DNA of 54,874 nucleotides, counting the filler, from Sphacelaria rigidula (taxonomy: Eukaryota): the NCBI GenBank assembly GCA_964200075.2. It is 3 parts of 3 records of this genome, joined end to end, with 100 filler letters (N's around TTAATTAATTAA, not from the genome) between each part and the next. Parts side by side here need not be neighbours in the genome. Positions count along the whole stretch, not along the records: positions 1 to 18,230 come from CAXNAA020000889.1; positions 18,331 to 36,552 come from CAXNAA020000890.1; 1 more part is not named here. One strand, given 5' to 3'. The translations under genes and the position numbers were made by a program. Below, in pieces: positions 12,901 through 24,666 of this stretch. Below the pieces are notes generated by a model. That model saw only the letters and a list, made by a program, of their open reading frames with translations, was not told the DNA's origin and made no database searches. Position 1 is the stretch's first letter. Each line of letters begins with the position of its first letter.

Positions 12901-15900
12901 GTACTCATCAGGTTCCGCAGGATTCGGGATTCGTATCTGGTACGTCCACGGTTTTTTTGTTCTCGGGTGGCTCCAAGTCCATTCAACAATCATTCGCGCG
13001 CGACGAGCACGGTGAAAACAAGCGGCGGCAACGATCCAAGGGGCACATGACTCTCATGTCGACGACAACCAGCCAGATAGAATCCGTATACGGATTTATG
13101 CAGAAGCCAGACGGTTCATGTGCAGCCATCAGCTCAACCGTGCAATATAGATCACGGACCGAGCACAGGACATACTGCAGTGATGAGGAACCGAAACCAC
13201 ACGACCACCCTTTAGACATGGATCTGTTCCATCTTCGCCAGTAGAAGCTCGATTATATTTTGTGTAGCATCCAAGTTGCGTGTTGAGGTGAGCAACCGAA
13301 TTGCGAACACGCTTATGGATGGTCGAAGCGATGAAAAACTGCACGAATCACATTTGTTTCTCATCCTCTGGCGTGTCACGTTGTTCCTTTTCGACACCGC
13401 GCCTACATGCTGTGCGAAACGCACATTATGAAGACAGTAGAGGCAACACTACTGTACAGTCAAACAATTACTGCTTCACTAATTTTACCCAGCTTCTTCG
13501 ATCGCAAGCGTGAAATCCTCCGCGACCTAAACACAGCAAAACCAAATGAATCAATTACGCCACACGAACTCGTTTGAAAAATATCATCGACGAGACGAGG
13601 CCAGAGACACGGCCAGGGCAGCTGATATCATGATAAAAATCGACAGAAGGGCCGGCTGAGCATTCAAGTTTGCCTGTAAAGCGAGCCAAGAAAAAAACAA
13701 GGCGCTCAACGAATCGTTGTTGCAACTGCAAACCCAATTAAACCGGAAGCATCCCAAGAGTCCACAGGAAGTACCATGCGCCAGGTATAGGCCGGGCCGG
13801 CCAAGAAACTGCCTCAAGTTTGGGCCAACACGTAGCCATCTTGCCGAGGAATCCGCAGAGTTCGTGTCAACACTGAGATCGCGAGGGTAGTCTATCTGGA
13901 TCATGGATACTTTTTTCAAGTGAAATCGGTGCCGATCTGACAGGTGATCAACTGTCGCTCTCAGGGTTAAACATGCGTCTATATCCTCTCTCTCTTCTGT
14001 GTTGTCGTCCAAGTTATTCTGGACGCCAGTCTACCCCTTTCGGGATATGTGGGCGCATCAGCCGGTCACACAGGAGGAAGGTCAACACAGGAGCTTCTTC
14101 TTCATTTGTTTTTAGTACCCCACCTTTCTTCTGCGGTGCTCGCCTTTATTCTTCATCGCGAGGGGTTTAGCAGTCCCCTTCCCTCGTCGACCGTTGAGTC
14201 GAATTTTGTGTATCCACGACATCTACTTTCCACTGTTGGGCACGGTGGAAGGAAAAATCCCAGATCGCTCCGGAACTCGAACCCCCCTACTCCACCATCA
14301 GAAGATTACGAGGATAACAACTGAACCACCGGGGGGACCGGCACATGTATCAAATTTTCATTATGCTCTTCGTCGGAAATTTTACATGGAAAAATGGTCC
14401 AACAACGTTCGGGTAAACGTATACCCGGTGAAGGAACATTTGAGTGCGACGGTCGTAAATACATAATCCTTGACGAACAGGTGTGTATGACGACGCAATT
14501 TTACCGAGTGGAGGCATGCACATGGACAATGTAGCGTAATTTTCAGAGCTGCCGACATGTACTCTTTCGACCAGCTCGCCATACTCTCCCGGATCAAGAA
14601 GTATAGAGGTCCACTCGAATTCGCCCTCGTGTCTTGAAAGGTGTGATCAAGGCTGCCGTAACTGAAGGGGGCTACAGGTTTAGAAGCAATCGATATCATT
14701 ACATCCACCACGTTCGGTCGAGTGACGAATGATGGGTATTGGCCACGGAATTGGTTGTTAGTGTTGAGGGAGGCGCAGATGACAAGGGGGAAAACGCTTC
14801 ATGCACATGGGCCTTCTTTCGGTTAGGAAACCATGTTTGAAAGGAGGGAAAATACTAGAGATGGCCCACGTGAGGAACACGGCTTTTGCGAAAAGGCCTC
14901 AAGCAGATCCGTGTCGGGAAAACCACCACAACGGGCAGTCCAGCCGTGTTCCTGCGGTTGGTATTTTGAACCATGCTGCCGAGACAACGTACAATCTCAA
15001 TTCTTCACATGAAAGTGTTGTCGAATCATCTCAGATGTTCCCGGGTAAAGGAAATGTACCTCATTCACCTTACCGCACCTGCCCGGGAATTTGTTTGATC
15101 ACATGATAAATGTTCAAACTCTCATGGCGGGGAGAAAAGCCAGTAGGGTTTGGCGCGAACTATTCGATAATTCACATGGATGAATCAGAACTTGATATGG
15201 ATGAGCGTGGTCACATTCGGGTCTTTTGAGGGCCGAGAGTCCCAGCTGCGGCCTGCGCGCATCTCAGCATGGCCCCGATTTTAGCCCTCGTCAATGCATA
15301 TTTTTCTCAAGGTTCTCCGTTGGAGGTGAGTTTACCGCTCAGTAGTTGACAGGTAGTTCTCGGAAATTCATGGTTTGTGGAGGTGCTAATGCATTTCGAA
15401 CAACACTAACCCTTGCCCCAACGAAGACGTACCGAGAACCCTCGGGCAAGGGGGTGCGACATGTTCCGTAGGCGAGGTGTGAGTTACCAGACCTCAAATT
15501 GGGTAGGAGGACGCCGACTTGGACAAAAATGCGTTTTGCACACGATGGGAGGACGCCAGGGACGTAGCCCCCTCCAAAGATTCGGATTTCGGTTCCCACA
15601 CTAAAATTGAATACGCCCCTGTCCACAAGCCGGAAATTTCCGAGAACTATCAACTACCATGTGGTGAACTGTCCCGCTCGGTTGCGGGCTGTTTGCTTCT
15701 TGACACTAGGTTTTGGAGAGTATTCTACACTCGAAGGGACATGCGATGTGATCTGCGAGGTACCCGTCGACACGATTCGATACACCTCGTTTCTCGGGGG
15801 ATTCCACGAGAAATGACCACGTCAAAAACACGGCGTACGACTCACCACAGTGATTCGGCGCAAAATTGACCAAATTACTGGGGAAGCTCGGAGTGTGTCA

Positions 15901-17428
15901 CGGAGTGCTCGGGATATCCGTGTCAAGCTTTCAGGTATCACGAGGAAAAAAATAGTCGCGGTTGGCGACAGGGGCGAATCTCTCGGTTCTTGGGCGTTCC
16001 AGTCTGTACGCTCCAAGACAGACGCTGACAACAGCTGATTGATGTAGGGAACTTGGTTTGCAAAGAGCTTTCGGTGCGCATATCGGTCAGTGCTCGTGCC
16101 TACCCACTCGTGAAGACCATCATCACCTATACAAGCCAGTACGTTTCGATTGGCATTCCCGACGACCAGTCGGGGTTCGACACTTGACTGTACCATGGAT
16201 TCAACATGGAGAACCTTCCATGAGTGGAAACGGATAGGACACCACTAAAATCGGGTTGATACTGTCGACTGATACACTGCTCACGAGCTCTCGTTCCGGT
16301 GTGCATCTGGCTGACAGTCCGACTGCGAGCGCACCACCCCCCACCGCGGTGATGGAGGAGCACGCCCGCGAGGCATGTGCTTCAGGCGTTCACATACATA
16401 GATGAGGGGAATGTCTATTTGGTGATTTGAGCTTCTTCCACAATAATTAAACGATCTCACGCTAAGCTCTCATCCCCACACTTTACTTGGTACTCTGAGG
16501 GGCTACAAAGCCGTGGGAGCATTACGGGCTGAGTCTAGTGTTAGCTGTTGGGTGCTGCCGTCGAACCTCTCAGTCCCTCAATCATCCAGGATTTGCACCA
16601 AGGGACTTGGTGAGGGCCAACGAACAAGGGTTCAGACTGGGGATGCCGTGAAGATGATTCGGTACCCAACCGGGCTGTGTGTGCCGCTCGGACCAACGCT
16701 TACAGCACGGCGTCTCTAGGCCAATCGGCCTATCCCCGCCCTGCTCTCCGTCATCAAACAGCTGTCAATGAGTACTTGGCGGGCTGTGCCCGTCCACCGG
16801 CATTCGCATTTATTCAACGTAGTTTCGTCGACTGTGCGGGATCTAAATGTATGGAACAAGTCACGAAACCAAGATGAGGACACATGCACCATCCACAGGA
16901 AAGTCGATGACAGGGCTCACAACACGAGTATGATACGTGGAAAACACGGCAAGAACAGGAACGCACGGCACACATAGTGGGCACCATACATGACATCATG
17001 TTCCGTCCCTCACGTGCAGACACTCACTTCACTTGAGGAAGAAGTAACACGCTTCATACATGTCACACCGCATCCGTACGGTAAAGGAACAAATGTGGAT
17101 ATATTTGGACCGCCGAGGAAGAGCACCATGCGAAACATCGATAGGGCTCACACACCTCGGAACTAACAGACACACCCCACACTATGCCACCCGATAAAAC
17201 ACAGGCCCTTACCCCCTCTCACTGCCGAAGGTTTTACTAACAACAGACATGACGCCACTCACAGGGTGCGTAGAACTCCACAACGAGGTGTTCGTTGTCC
17301 TTGATCGCTTGTTCGATGTTGCCGCCATTCACAACCATCACTGCATCCTCGGTTGCCACAGCGACGTTGGACGCAATCAACAGCGGCGCGGCAAGTGCCA
17401 CCGCACGTCTCAACACCGAGAACTTCAT
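3930..17428 (-). CDS. Protein disulfide isomerase-family protein (signal peptide, Trx a, Pro-rich linker, Trx a', acidic tail); multi-exon, last exon and stop not identified
   Basis: Phase-consistent GT-AG exons: 17428-17263 (MKFSVLRRAVALAAPLLIASNVAVA...VVEFYAP), 9682-9594 (WCGHCKKLAPALSEAA...FAK), 8939-8868 (MDCTLDENKEFKQKMGISGFPSFR), 8083-7997 (LFKGSVESAEEHKPPRVMPQLMQYFKAIK), 7557-7392 (DGVEPPPPPP...EFYAPWC), 7210-7138 (GHCKKLFPEYTKAS), 6377-6212 (LGKIDL...YGVRGYPTLKIFR...YEGPRTSAGIVEYLSEESK), 5069-5034 (EPAEEDELEDGD), 4472-4374 (Asp-rich), and possibly 4142-3930 (Asp/Ser-rich). It has two WCGHC active sites and the G(F/Y)P(S/T) cis-Pro motifs typical of PDI thioredoxin domains. Confidence 0.92.
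5247..5606 (+). mobile_element. tRNA-derived SINE, full-length copy (PDI intron)
   Basis: 5' head GCCCCGGTGGCTCAGTTG (Pol III A-box) followed by GGTTCGATTC (B-box). The body is highly similar to the inverted copy at 13998-14338, and there is a 3' stem-loop TCCC-GAAA-GGGG. Confidence 0.85.
10290..12140 (-). pseudogene. Decayed SWIM-like / YqaJ (lambda-exonuclease)-like gene of a probable DNA transposon
   Basis: Broken reading frames in the expected order: PDYLLCLLV...SLCTCVAG (SWIM-like, ~11813-11950), a coding-like exon 11350-11570 ending at a GTGAGT donor, then ARALTLYEEV* / PIMGKSP / GNRETDYP / GYTD*SPASWTIYRV. These loosely resemble the YqaJ ExxAxxxY, GASPDG, EIKCP and DFvvW motifs. Recognised by eye only. 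Confidence 0.4.
13998..14338 (-). mobile_element. tRNA-derived SINE, full-length copy of the same family
   Basis: The reverse complement aligns along its length with 5247-5606 (e.g. CAAAATTCGACTCAACGGTCGACGAGGGAA and GATGCGCCCACATATCCCGAAAGGGGTAGACTGGCGTCCA). Confidence 0.85.
15327..15672. mobile_element. MITE-like element with ~50-bp imperfect TIRs
   Basis: GTAGTTGACAGGTAGTTCTCGGAAATTCATGGTTTGTGGA (15342-15381) is inverted relative to TCCACAAGCCGGAAATTTCCGAGAACTATCAACTAC (15622-15657). Confidence 0.7.
15930..16330 (+). pseudogene. Decayed DDE transposase fragment (Harbinger/ISL2EU-like)
   Basis: FRLAFPTTSRGSTLDCT...TFHEWK, then after a frameshift DTTKIGLILSTD. This resembles the FP....IDCTE...YSxYK..TxK.L core of DDE_Tnp_4-type transposases. 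In-frame stops are present. Confidence 0.4.
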
Positions 17429-18189
17429 ATTACCTCAGTGTTGACTGGTAATATGATCTCGAGTTACGGCACGGGACGCAATCAGGTCTGAATACTAGTG
17501 AATCGGTCCGTCGTTGTGGTGTGTGCGCTCGTGCTGTCATCCGACAACCAGACGGGTGTTGCGCTGTGATTGGCGGACACTGAGAAAATACAAGGAGACG
17601 TGGTTTCATACCCGTCGGTCTTTTGTGTGGATGGAAATAGGGCAGCTCTCTTCCATTCCAGGCCAAAGTCTCGTCCACCCAATTCATACTTAAATGGAGA
17701 AGAGGAAGATATTCTTACTGGAAATTTCATGTTGTTGTTGTTGTTGTTGTCTTCACATTAAAAAGCCGTTCCGATACCTGCGCGGTACATTGGTACCGGA
17801 GACGTCGAATCCGAGATGCCTTTTGGCATTTCACGACATTTACCCTTCTTTCGTTGGAAAATGACAGCTGAAAATATCGCGTTGCCGGATCGGGGTCCCG
17901 TAGTGAAGGAATGCAATAGAAAACTTCATCGCGGTAATCCAGTCTACGCTGTCGATTTAGGGGGGTATCAGTGATTGCGGCCGCCCCGGGTGACGCCATT
18001 CGTGGCAGACGCCAGGTACAGGCAAAGGATATGACATCGTCCTAGAATGTCATACCCATTGTAGAGGATATTGCACATCGACCAGCGGGTTTTGACCAAT
18101 TTGTTTGATTTCAGAGCATTTGCGGCCTAATGTTACCCCGCTTTTGTTTTGGCTGTTTTACCGTACATTCTAGGAATCATCATGCCCTG

Positions 18190-18230
18190 GTCGCCCCGGT
18201 GGCTCAGTTGGTAACCTCGTAACCTTCTGA
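18190..18230 (+). mobile_element. SINE 5' head, cut by an assembly gap
   Basis: GTCGCCCCGGTGGCTCAGTTGGTAACCTCGTAACC matches the head of the 5247 copy and is followed directly by Ns. Confidence 0.8.
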
Positions 18231-18330
18231 NNNNNNNNNNNNNNNNNNNNNNNNNNNNNNNNNNNNNNNNNNNNTTAATTAATTAANNNNNNNNNNNNNN
18301 NNNNNNNNNNNNNNNNNNNNNNNNNNNNNN
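18231..18330. other. Artificial scaffold spacer (N44-TTAATTAATTAA-N44)
   Basis: Exactly 100 nt with an all-frame stop linker; the same spacer occurs at 36553-36652. Confidence 0.95.
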
Positions 18331-18788
18331 GGGGGGGGTGGAGGAGGTTAGTACTCATGATTTTGGGATGCCGTAGACATATGAGCGTTGACATCACATC
18401 TCTCCAAAGCCGGGACGAAGCACGTCGGGTTATCGCCGGACCAGGCTCACAGCCAATCACCAAGCGCGAATTGCTGTGATGTGTTCGGCGAGTCGCATGA
18501 AAGGTGGGCTGCATCCCGCCAAGATTGTTCGGCGCGTAAACTACTGATTATCTTGTCTTTGCAGAACACTTCAGTGGCTTCATTGTTGGCATTGCCACTT
18601 CCAGAGACAGCCACGGCCTACACACTGTCTCATGGTGAGTATGAGGGGTGGGAGGGAATCAAATTCTGGTGTTGTGAGTATATCTTGGAAATTCAGTGCT
18701 GGATATTGTGAAAATTGCGAATATATTTCGGGTAGACAGAGGTCGAGAGGGTAAAAGAGCCAACGTGGATCGTGGAAAAAAAACGCAC

Positions 18789-21700
18789 CGAACTCGCGGT
18801 GGAAGAGCTTTTTGAAGGACAGAGATTGCAGGTCCGAACCAGCATTCCGCCACCAGGTATCTGCGGCAAAAACGAACAGCGAAGCAAGCATCGAAAAGTA
18901 ACATGTTAATTGATCATCGGAACCACGAGTCTGTCGTCGTGAAAGCCCATAGCTTATTTTTTTCCGATTTGATCGAGAACGTGCGGCGGGATCGATTCGA
19001 TCGACTTCGTTTGTTGTGCATAATTGGGTCCGAGCTGGTGAAAACGAAGCGCGGTACATGCACACAGCGTGCGAACATCGTACGAAAGACAAACGAAACA
19101 GGTGACTGTTACACTGCACAAGATATGGAACTGGTGGAATGGATTCAAAGCAACGGGTCGTGGTATTTTGAAACTAGCGCAAGGCAGTTATCCCCCCATC
19201 GTGGGAGGCGTAGGTAGTTTCACGAGCAGGAGCGACATCTGTATTCCAGAGGTATGACATCAATACTTCGTTGGTTACTTCTTGTGGCAAACTGTCAGCC
19301 CTCCTTTCCTTCGAGGCGAGTCTGCCGTGTCAGAGTGATCCATAGATCCCTACCCCGCTACACGCCTCGCAGTTTGATTTTGGAGATAGATCAGCGCTCC
19401 TGCATCGCATCAACGCTCATCAAACAACATATTTAGTCCTGCCCAAATCTTCACGTTTGCAATGATGGACACCATACGCTCACGAGGACCTCAACTATGT
19501 ATCGTCCGATCCAATACCCTCAGTTGTGGCATAAGACCACCGGGGTGCAGCAGATCGTTGGGTCGAACCCTTGTCATACTGCAAATAGTTTCGGCTTCAC
19601 TCTCACAAAAATGGGAGAAAGCCTTGTACCCCCACACGTATCAGCTTGACAGAACCCCACGAATTACCTATATTGTGAGTGATTTTGGGGCGTTTGAAGA
19701 TTCCAAGAGCAGATCATAAAAAAAAATACATACCCTAAGATTTAGGATTCTACCCTGTAAAACGATTCGGGCGTTAAAAACAAGGGCTCTCACTCCAAGA
19801 ACAGGAAGAACATGGACCCGTAAAAGCTCGGGACGAGGATGACTCCAAGGAAAGTAGGGATGGCCAGTAACGCTCCGATCGCCGGGATGTACATCCTTGC
19901 CCTGCTCTCACCAGCTTGCTCCCATCTGACATTGGAGAGGGGAGAGGGGCGGGCGCGAGAAAGCGTGGAAAAGAGGCAGGGCTCACAATACCAATATAGG
20001 AAATATGGCTTGAAAGTAGCTTGAAAGCAAATGAAGCGAGTAGATACCTGAGAAGCGGCCAGTCTTTCCATCGAGTGGACAGAACAAGCGAGTACCGCCA
20101 ATCAAAAACAAATTCCGGGCGAGAAGTCGAACTATCAATCCAGTAGTGCAAAGAAAGTGTTGAATATCGAACCACTTGGCACTTCGATACGATATCAAAT
20201 TTTTCAACGTTCGATCAACAATAATTTTCGGCGAAGCCTCACCTCGACGAGCGCAGCAAGCCCACTCGCTGTGCCAGCACCGAATCCCCCCCCCCCCGCG
20301 CGCGCGCGGTGCATGAGGCGGCACCGCCCAAGGCGACGCCGGAGGCGAGAAACTTCGGATACATGGCTTCAATTGTTATTTCCATCGAAACTGGCCGAAT
20401 CACGGTCTCCTAGCCCAGGAGAACACGTGTGCAGATTCGACGAAACCCCATAGTCACACCGCACGTTTCATCGTCCTATCGAAATGGTTTCGATAGGACG
20501 ACGAGAACAGTATCTCGATACGATACATGGAAGGTTTTGACGCGATATACAACACCAAAACATACAAGTTTCATCCGTGTGGACGCAAGACATGAAGCTG
20601 AGGACATTATCCGAACTTCTCGCTCGTCGTTAGTGATCGTCACGCGCGATCAAGACAGTATGATGTTGCGCGTGTGTTCTTGTTTTCGCACGTTGATCTG
20701 TGGGGCTGAATGCTGTTACTGTGCTGCTGTCCCTGTATTTAGATACGCGTGACGGTTCTTATCCGTTCGTTGTACCAACCATCGATCATGTGATGACCAA
20801 TCCTGATGACGGCACGCTTACACCAGCCCCAGATCGCACGGCACGATCTTACCTAACACCAACACTCCGTGAGCGCAAAAAACCGACGGCTTGGGAGTCG
20901 TGAGTCCAGTTCCTGTGTCGATGCGGCGAGACTCGGGAACTATTTTCGGAGAAAGAGGATGTGGTCGGTGAGGACTTCATGAATGGCTCATGAGCCGAAT
21001 GTGTAAGCGCAATGGTTGGAGTTGGCGCGTGGATATCATGCGCGCTCCGTTGTTCCATCTTTTGTTCCTAGTGTTTTTTTTTGTTGCTTTTGTTTTGTCT
21101 GTGCTTTACACCCCCTCCCCCCCGCCGCCGGAACGAGCCTGGCTCTCTCTTCATTCTTCTTCATGTTTCTTCTTTTTTGTTTCTGATTACGAGCTGGAGT
21201 GTTGCAGTCAGCTACGTAATGCGCGATCATATTTTTTGTCTTTGTTGTTCGTGTTTGTCGTTATTTTTGTTGTTATCGCTGCCTCCTTCATTTATTTTCT
21301 GAGGCCGTTGCTTCCGTCGATTTTCTGTTCCTTTTTTTCTTCACTTTTCTGTTTTATTTTTGCTGCTCCTGACCACGGGCTGGATTGTTGCAGTCAGCTA
21401 ATGTGAGATGATCAATCAATCAATCTATCAAGTGTGCCGCACCAGGTACGGTGTGGGAAGCTATGGACCAGGACAGGTTTTTTTGGGGCCGACTGGTGGC
21501 CCAAAAGAGGTACGATTGAAACAGAATTCGTAAGTCAGGTAGACCTGGCCGAAATTTGACCTAGAGAAGGAAATGTTTTCTAGAGGCAAAACGTCCTTCT
21601 GCGCATCTCGCGGGGAACATATCTTTTTTTCTGGTTTTTTTCCGAGGCCCGGATGCCGAGGAGCTCTCCGGTTGCTGTGCAGGGGGAATCCAGAGCGAAA

Positions 21701-24628
21701 TCTGTCTAAATGGTGTCTTTCGCTGTCTTCGCGTTTTTGGTCTGTTTCCGTACCTTCCTTGGGCAAAAAACAAGGAGGTATACCTTTCCTAGGCCATTGT
21801 TCTGGATAAGATGGGTCCGGAGGACCCCTGACCGTTCGCGTCCAATCATCAAGTTTCACCTGTCAGCAAAAAGTCCACCGAGGTATGAAGACAGAGCTCC
21901 TCCAACCGACACGACAGACGCGTTCAGGTAGCTATCTGTCAGTAGCAGCATTACAGGGAGATTTGAAAGAAAATAAGAGAAAAAACAAGGGAGCAATGAA
22001 CAACAGCACAAACATTCGTCCTTTCAGTATCAGCCATCGTACATCTGTGAGAAATCTTGGCATTTGGATCGCAGAAGGAAAGACAACAACACCACAACTT
22101 TCCTCCCGTCACCTTTTGATCCGGTGCACCGATGGAGGTTATTTTCCAGTGCTTCCCACACGCGTTTGTCGACAGTCACGTGTTTTAGCTTGACCTCTGT
22201 GTACAAGCGCACCTCCAGTGAACGAAAAAAATCTTCACTATTGTGAAGCCAAGCAGTTGAATGTCATCGGATGACTTCTCATTTTTCAACGACGATGATT
22301 GAGTCAATACCTAACTGAATCCGCGACAAAGCCAGTGAGTTGTGTGTCACAAGGCAACACGGCCGACTAACGTATCGTGCGAACAGTACGACCAACTCAT
22401 CGCGTACACTGTTCGCCGCCACGCCTCGGTGGTCTGACTTCTCTAGTGTCGGTGCATCTACAGCCAGTGACCGCGGAAGGTAGGTGGGGGTCCAGATGAG
22501 TCCCTGCAGACGCAGTTCTTTTCAAAATTATATGGTTGCCGTCCATCGTTGGAAGAGTGAGGACAGACGTAGGGGGTGCTGATGTGATCCACATCCTGGA
22601 CAATGTATGGTCAATAGATGCGATAGACGAGAAGTGTAGTGCATAGAGTATGGGCCTATTGCGACTATCGCCGGCCGACAATAGTCGCACTAGGCCCATA
22701 CTTTATGCAGTACGCTTCTAGTCTACTGCAACTATCGACCATATAGTCCAAGGTGTGATCTGATCCAAAAATACCACCAGGGGGTTCAGGCGGTGTACCG
22801 TGGAAAAAGTGGGTCGACGCCTCAACACCACGGACTCGTCTCGAGGAGGGAGGAGGAGGGGGTCTGGAATATGACAGAACAAAAGAAATACAGTAGTACT
22901 TGCCAACACCACGGTGCACGTTCAGTGGTAGGTCGAAGAGTCACTCACAGACAGTGTTGTCGTCCGGGTAAATTTCGCTGTAGAAATCAGGTAGGTAGGA
23001 GGCGATGGCGTAGCCGGCCATGTAGCGGACCATCCCCCCGATGATCAGCAACACGATCAGTTTATCCGTGAAAATTATCCGGAAGCTGACGTCACGGCAG
23101 TGGCAGGCAACGCAGCGCACATCGTACACGTCCAACACGGCAGCGACACGCAAGACGGAGCTCAAACATTCAAGTCAATCTGTGTTTCGGTTACGCACGC
23201 TATGCACAAAGAGTGGGCGGATCGTGCCTCCCTTCACCACTCGGAACATACGACAACGAGGCCATCCCTGCGGTATAGTATGAAGCCCGCGACTGGCGCC
23301 GCTGCGCTCAACGAGAGTGATCTCAGCTACGGCGCCATGTTGTAGTCAGCGGTAATATCTTAGGATGTAAGTATATCACGTGAACAGTTCACAAATGCCA
23401 GCAGCAGCGGCCTGAATCAGGGATCCTGATACCGGACTTGGTTCATCACACCACACCCGGTTCAATGAGTGTAGAAAGACAGACTAAGCTCTCGGCTTCC
23501 GAAGAAACGAACTACTGTGATTTGAGCGCAATCAAAATTTTGAAAGAGACCTACATGGGATAAAACATTGACCTTCGTAAGCGATTTCGTAGCACCCGGA
23601 TGACGATTTGTGCTTCACTCACTGCGTTTTGGGGACGTTTTCTTATGCATGTTTCGATCCTGCTTGCTCGGTAGATTCACCGTCCCCACACGAGACATGT
23701 GAAAATAGCAGCGTGGAAGCAACGCCCATGGTTCCAGAGTATCAGCCTCACGCCCGATTTTCGTCAACTGATCCACGTAGACATACAGCCACCATAAATG
23801 CCAGACGCCGCACGTTACCCGAGCAACGTGAGGAATCGAACCTCGCTATTTTCGCACATTACAGCTGCCGAGACCACCGAAAACTGTCGTGACCAATCTC
23901 CACGATGCCGTTGCCTTCATTTTTTTTACACACGAGAGATCTAGTCGAAGCATCAACATTGAGGGGAGGCACGGAGACTGTGTTCTTCTGGCGAGGCATT
24001 TGCATTTTACCGCTATGGCGTATCATCTAGGTCACGTGGTTATTTGTTACACACGACCCACCCTAACGGCTAAATGATGCATTCCGTCTGCTGTTTCAAA
24101 AGGTTTCTCATGGCATCTTCACCGCCAAAAACAAACCGACGGTCGGTAGAGTCCAGTCTGAGCTGTGCACACAGTACCGCGGTCCGATACGCAGATCGAG
24201 AGGATCACGTACTGCGTACACTATAGAAGCGTACATTGTTTCAATGCCGTAATTGCACCGCACCCGGACCCTCCTGTTTACGAAAGGTTCGCAGTCTGTT
24301 TGTCTCTAGGGCTCCACCTGTCTCTACCCCGATAATGTATCCGCCCTACAGCTCACTACAGAGAATTGAAGTAGCACCTGTCGCAACACTTTGATTTTTG
24401 TGTGTACCGAATCATCTTGTCAACTCCACTTCTCGTGTTTTTCGTACGGCGGAAGTCAGGGAAGATGACTCGATCTGTCGGAACTCGGAAACACAGAATC
24501 GGCTCTTCGACAAGAGTACGGCGGAAACTAGAGAAGAGGGCTGGATAGGTCAAAAACCGGAAACCACAGAATCGGCTATAAGCGCTTCCTGCACGTGTAC
24601 CCGTATTTGACCACGGGGACGCGGCAAT

Positions 24629-24666
<38 letters not shown>

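Noticed and set aside
13178-13200. GTGATGAGGAACCGAAAC, minimal hammerhead-like core
   Set aside because: The conserved C3 is G, and no stem I/III partner or NUH site is found.
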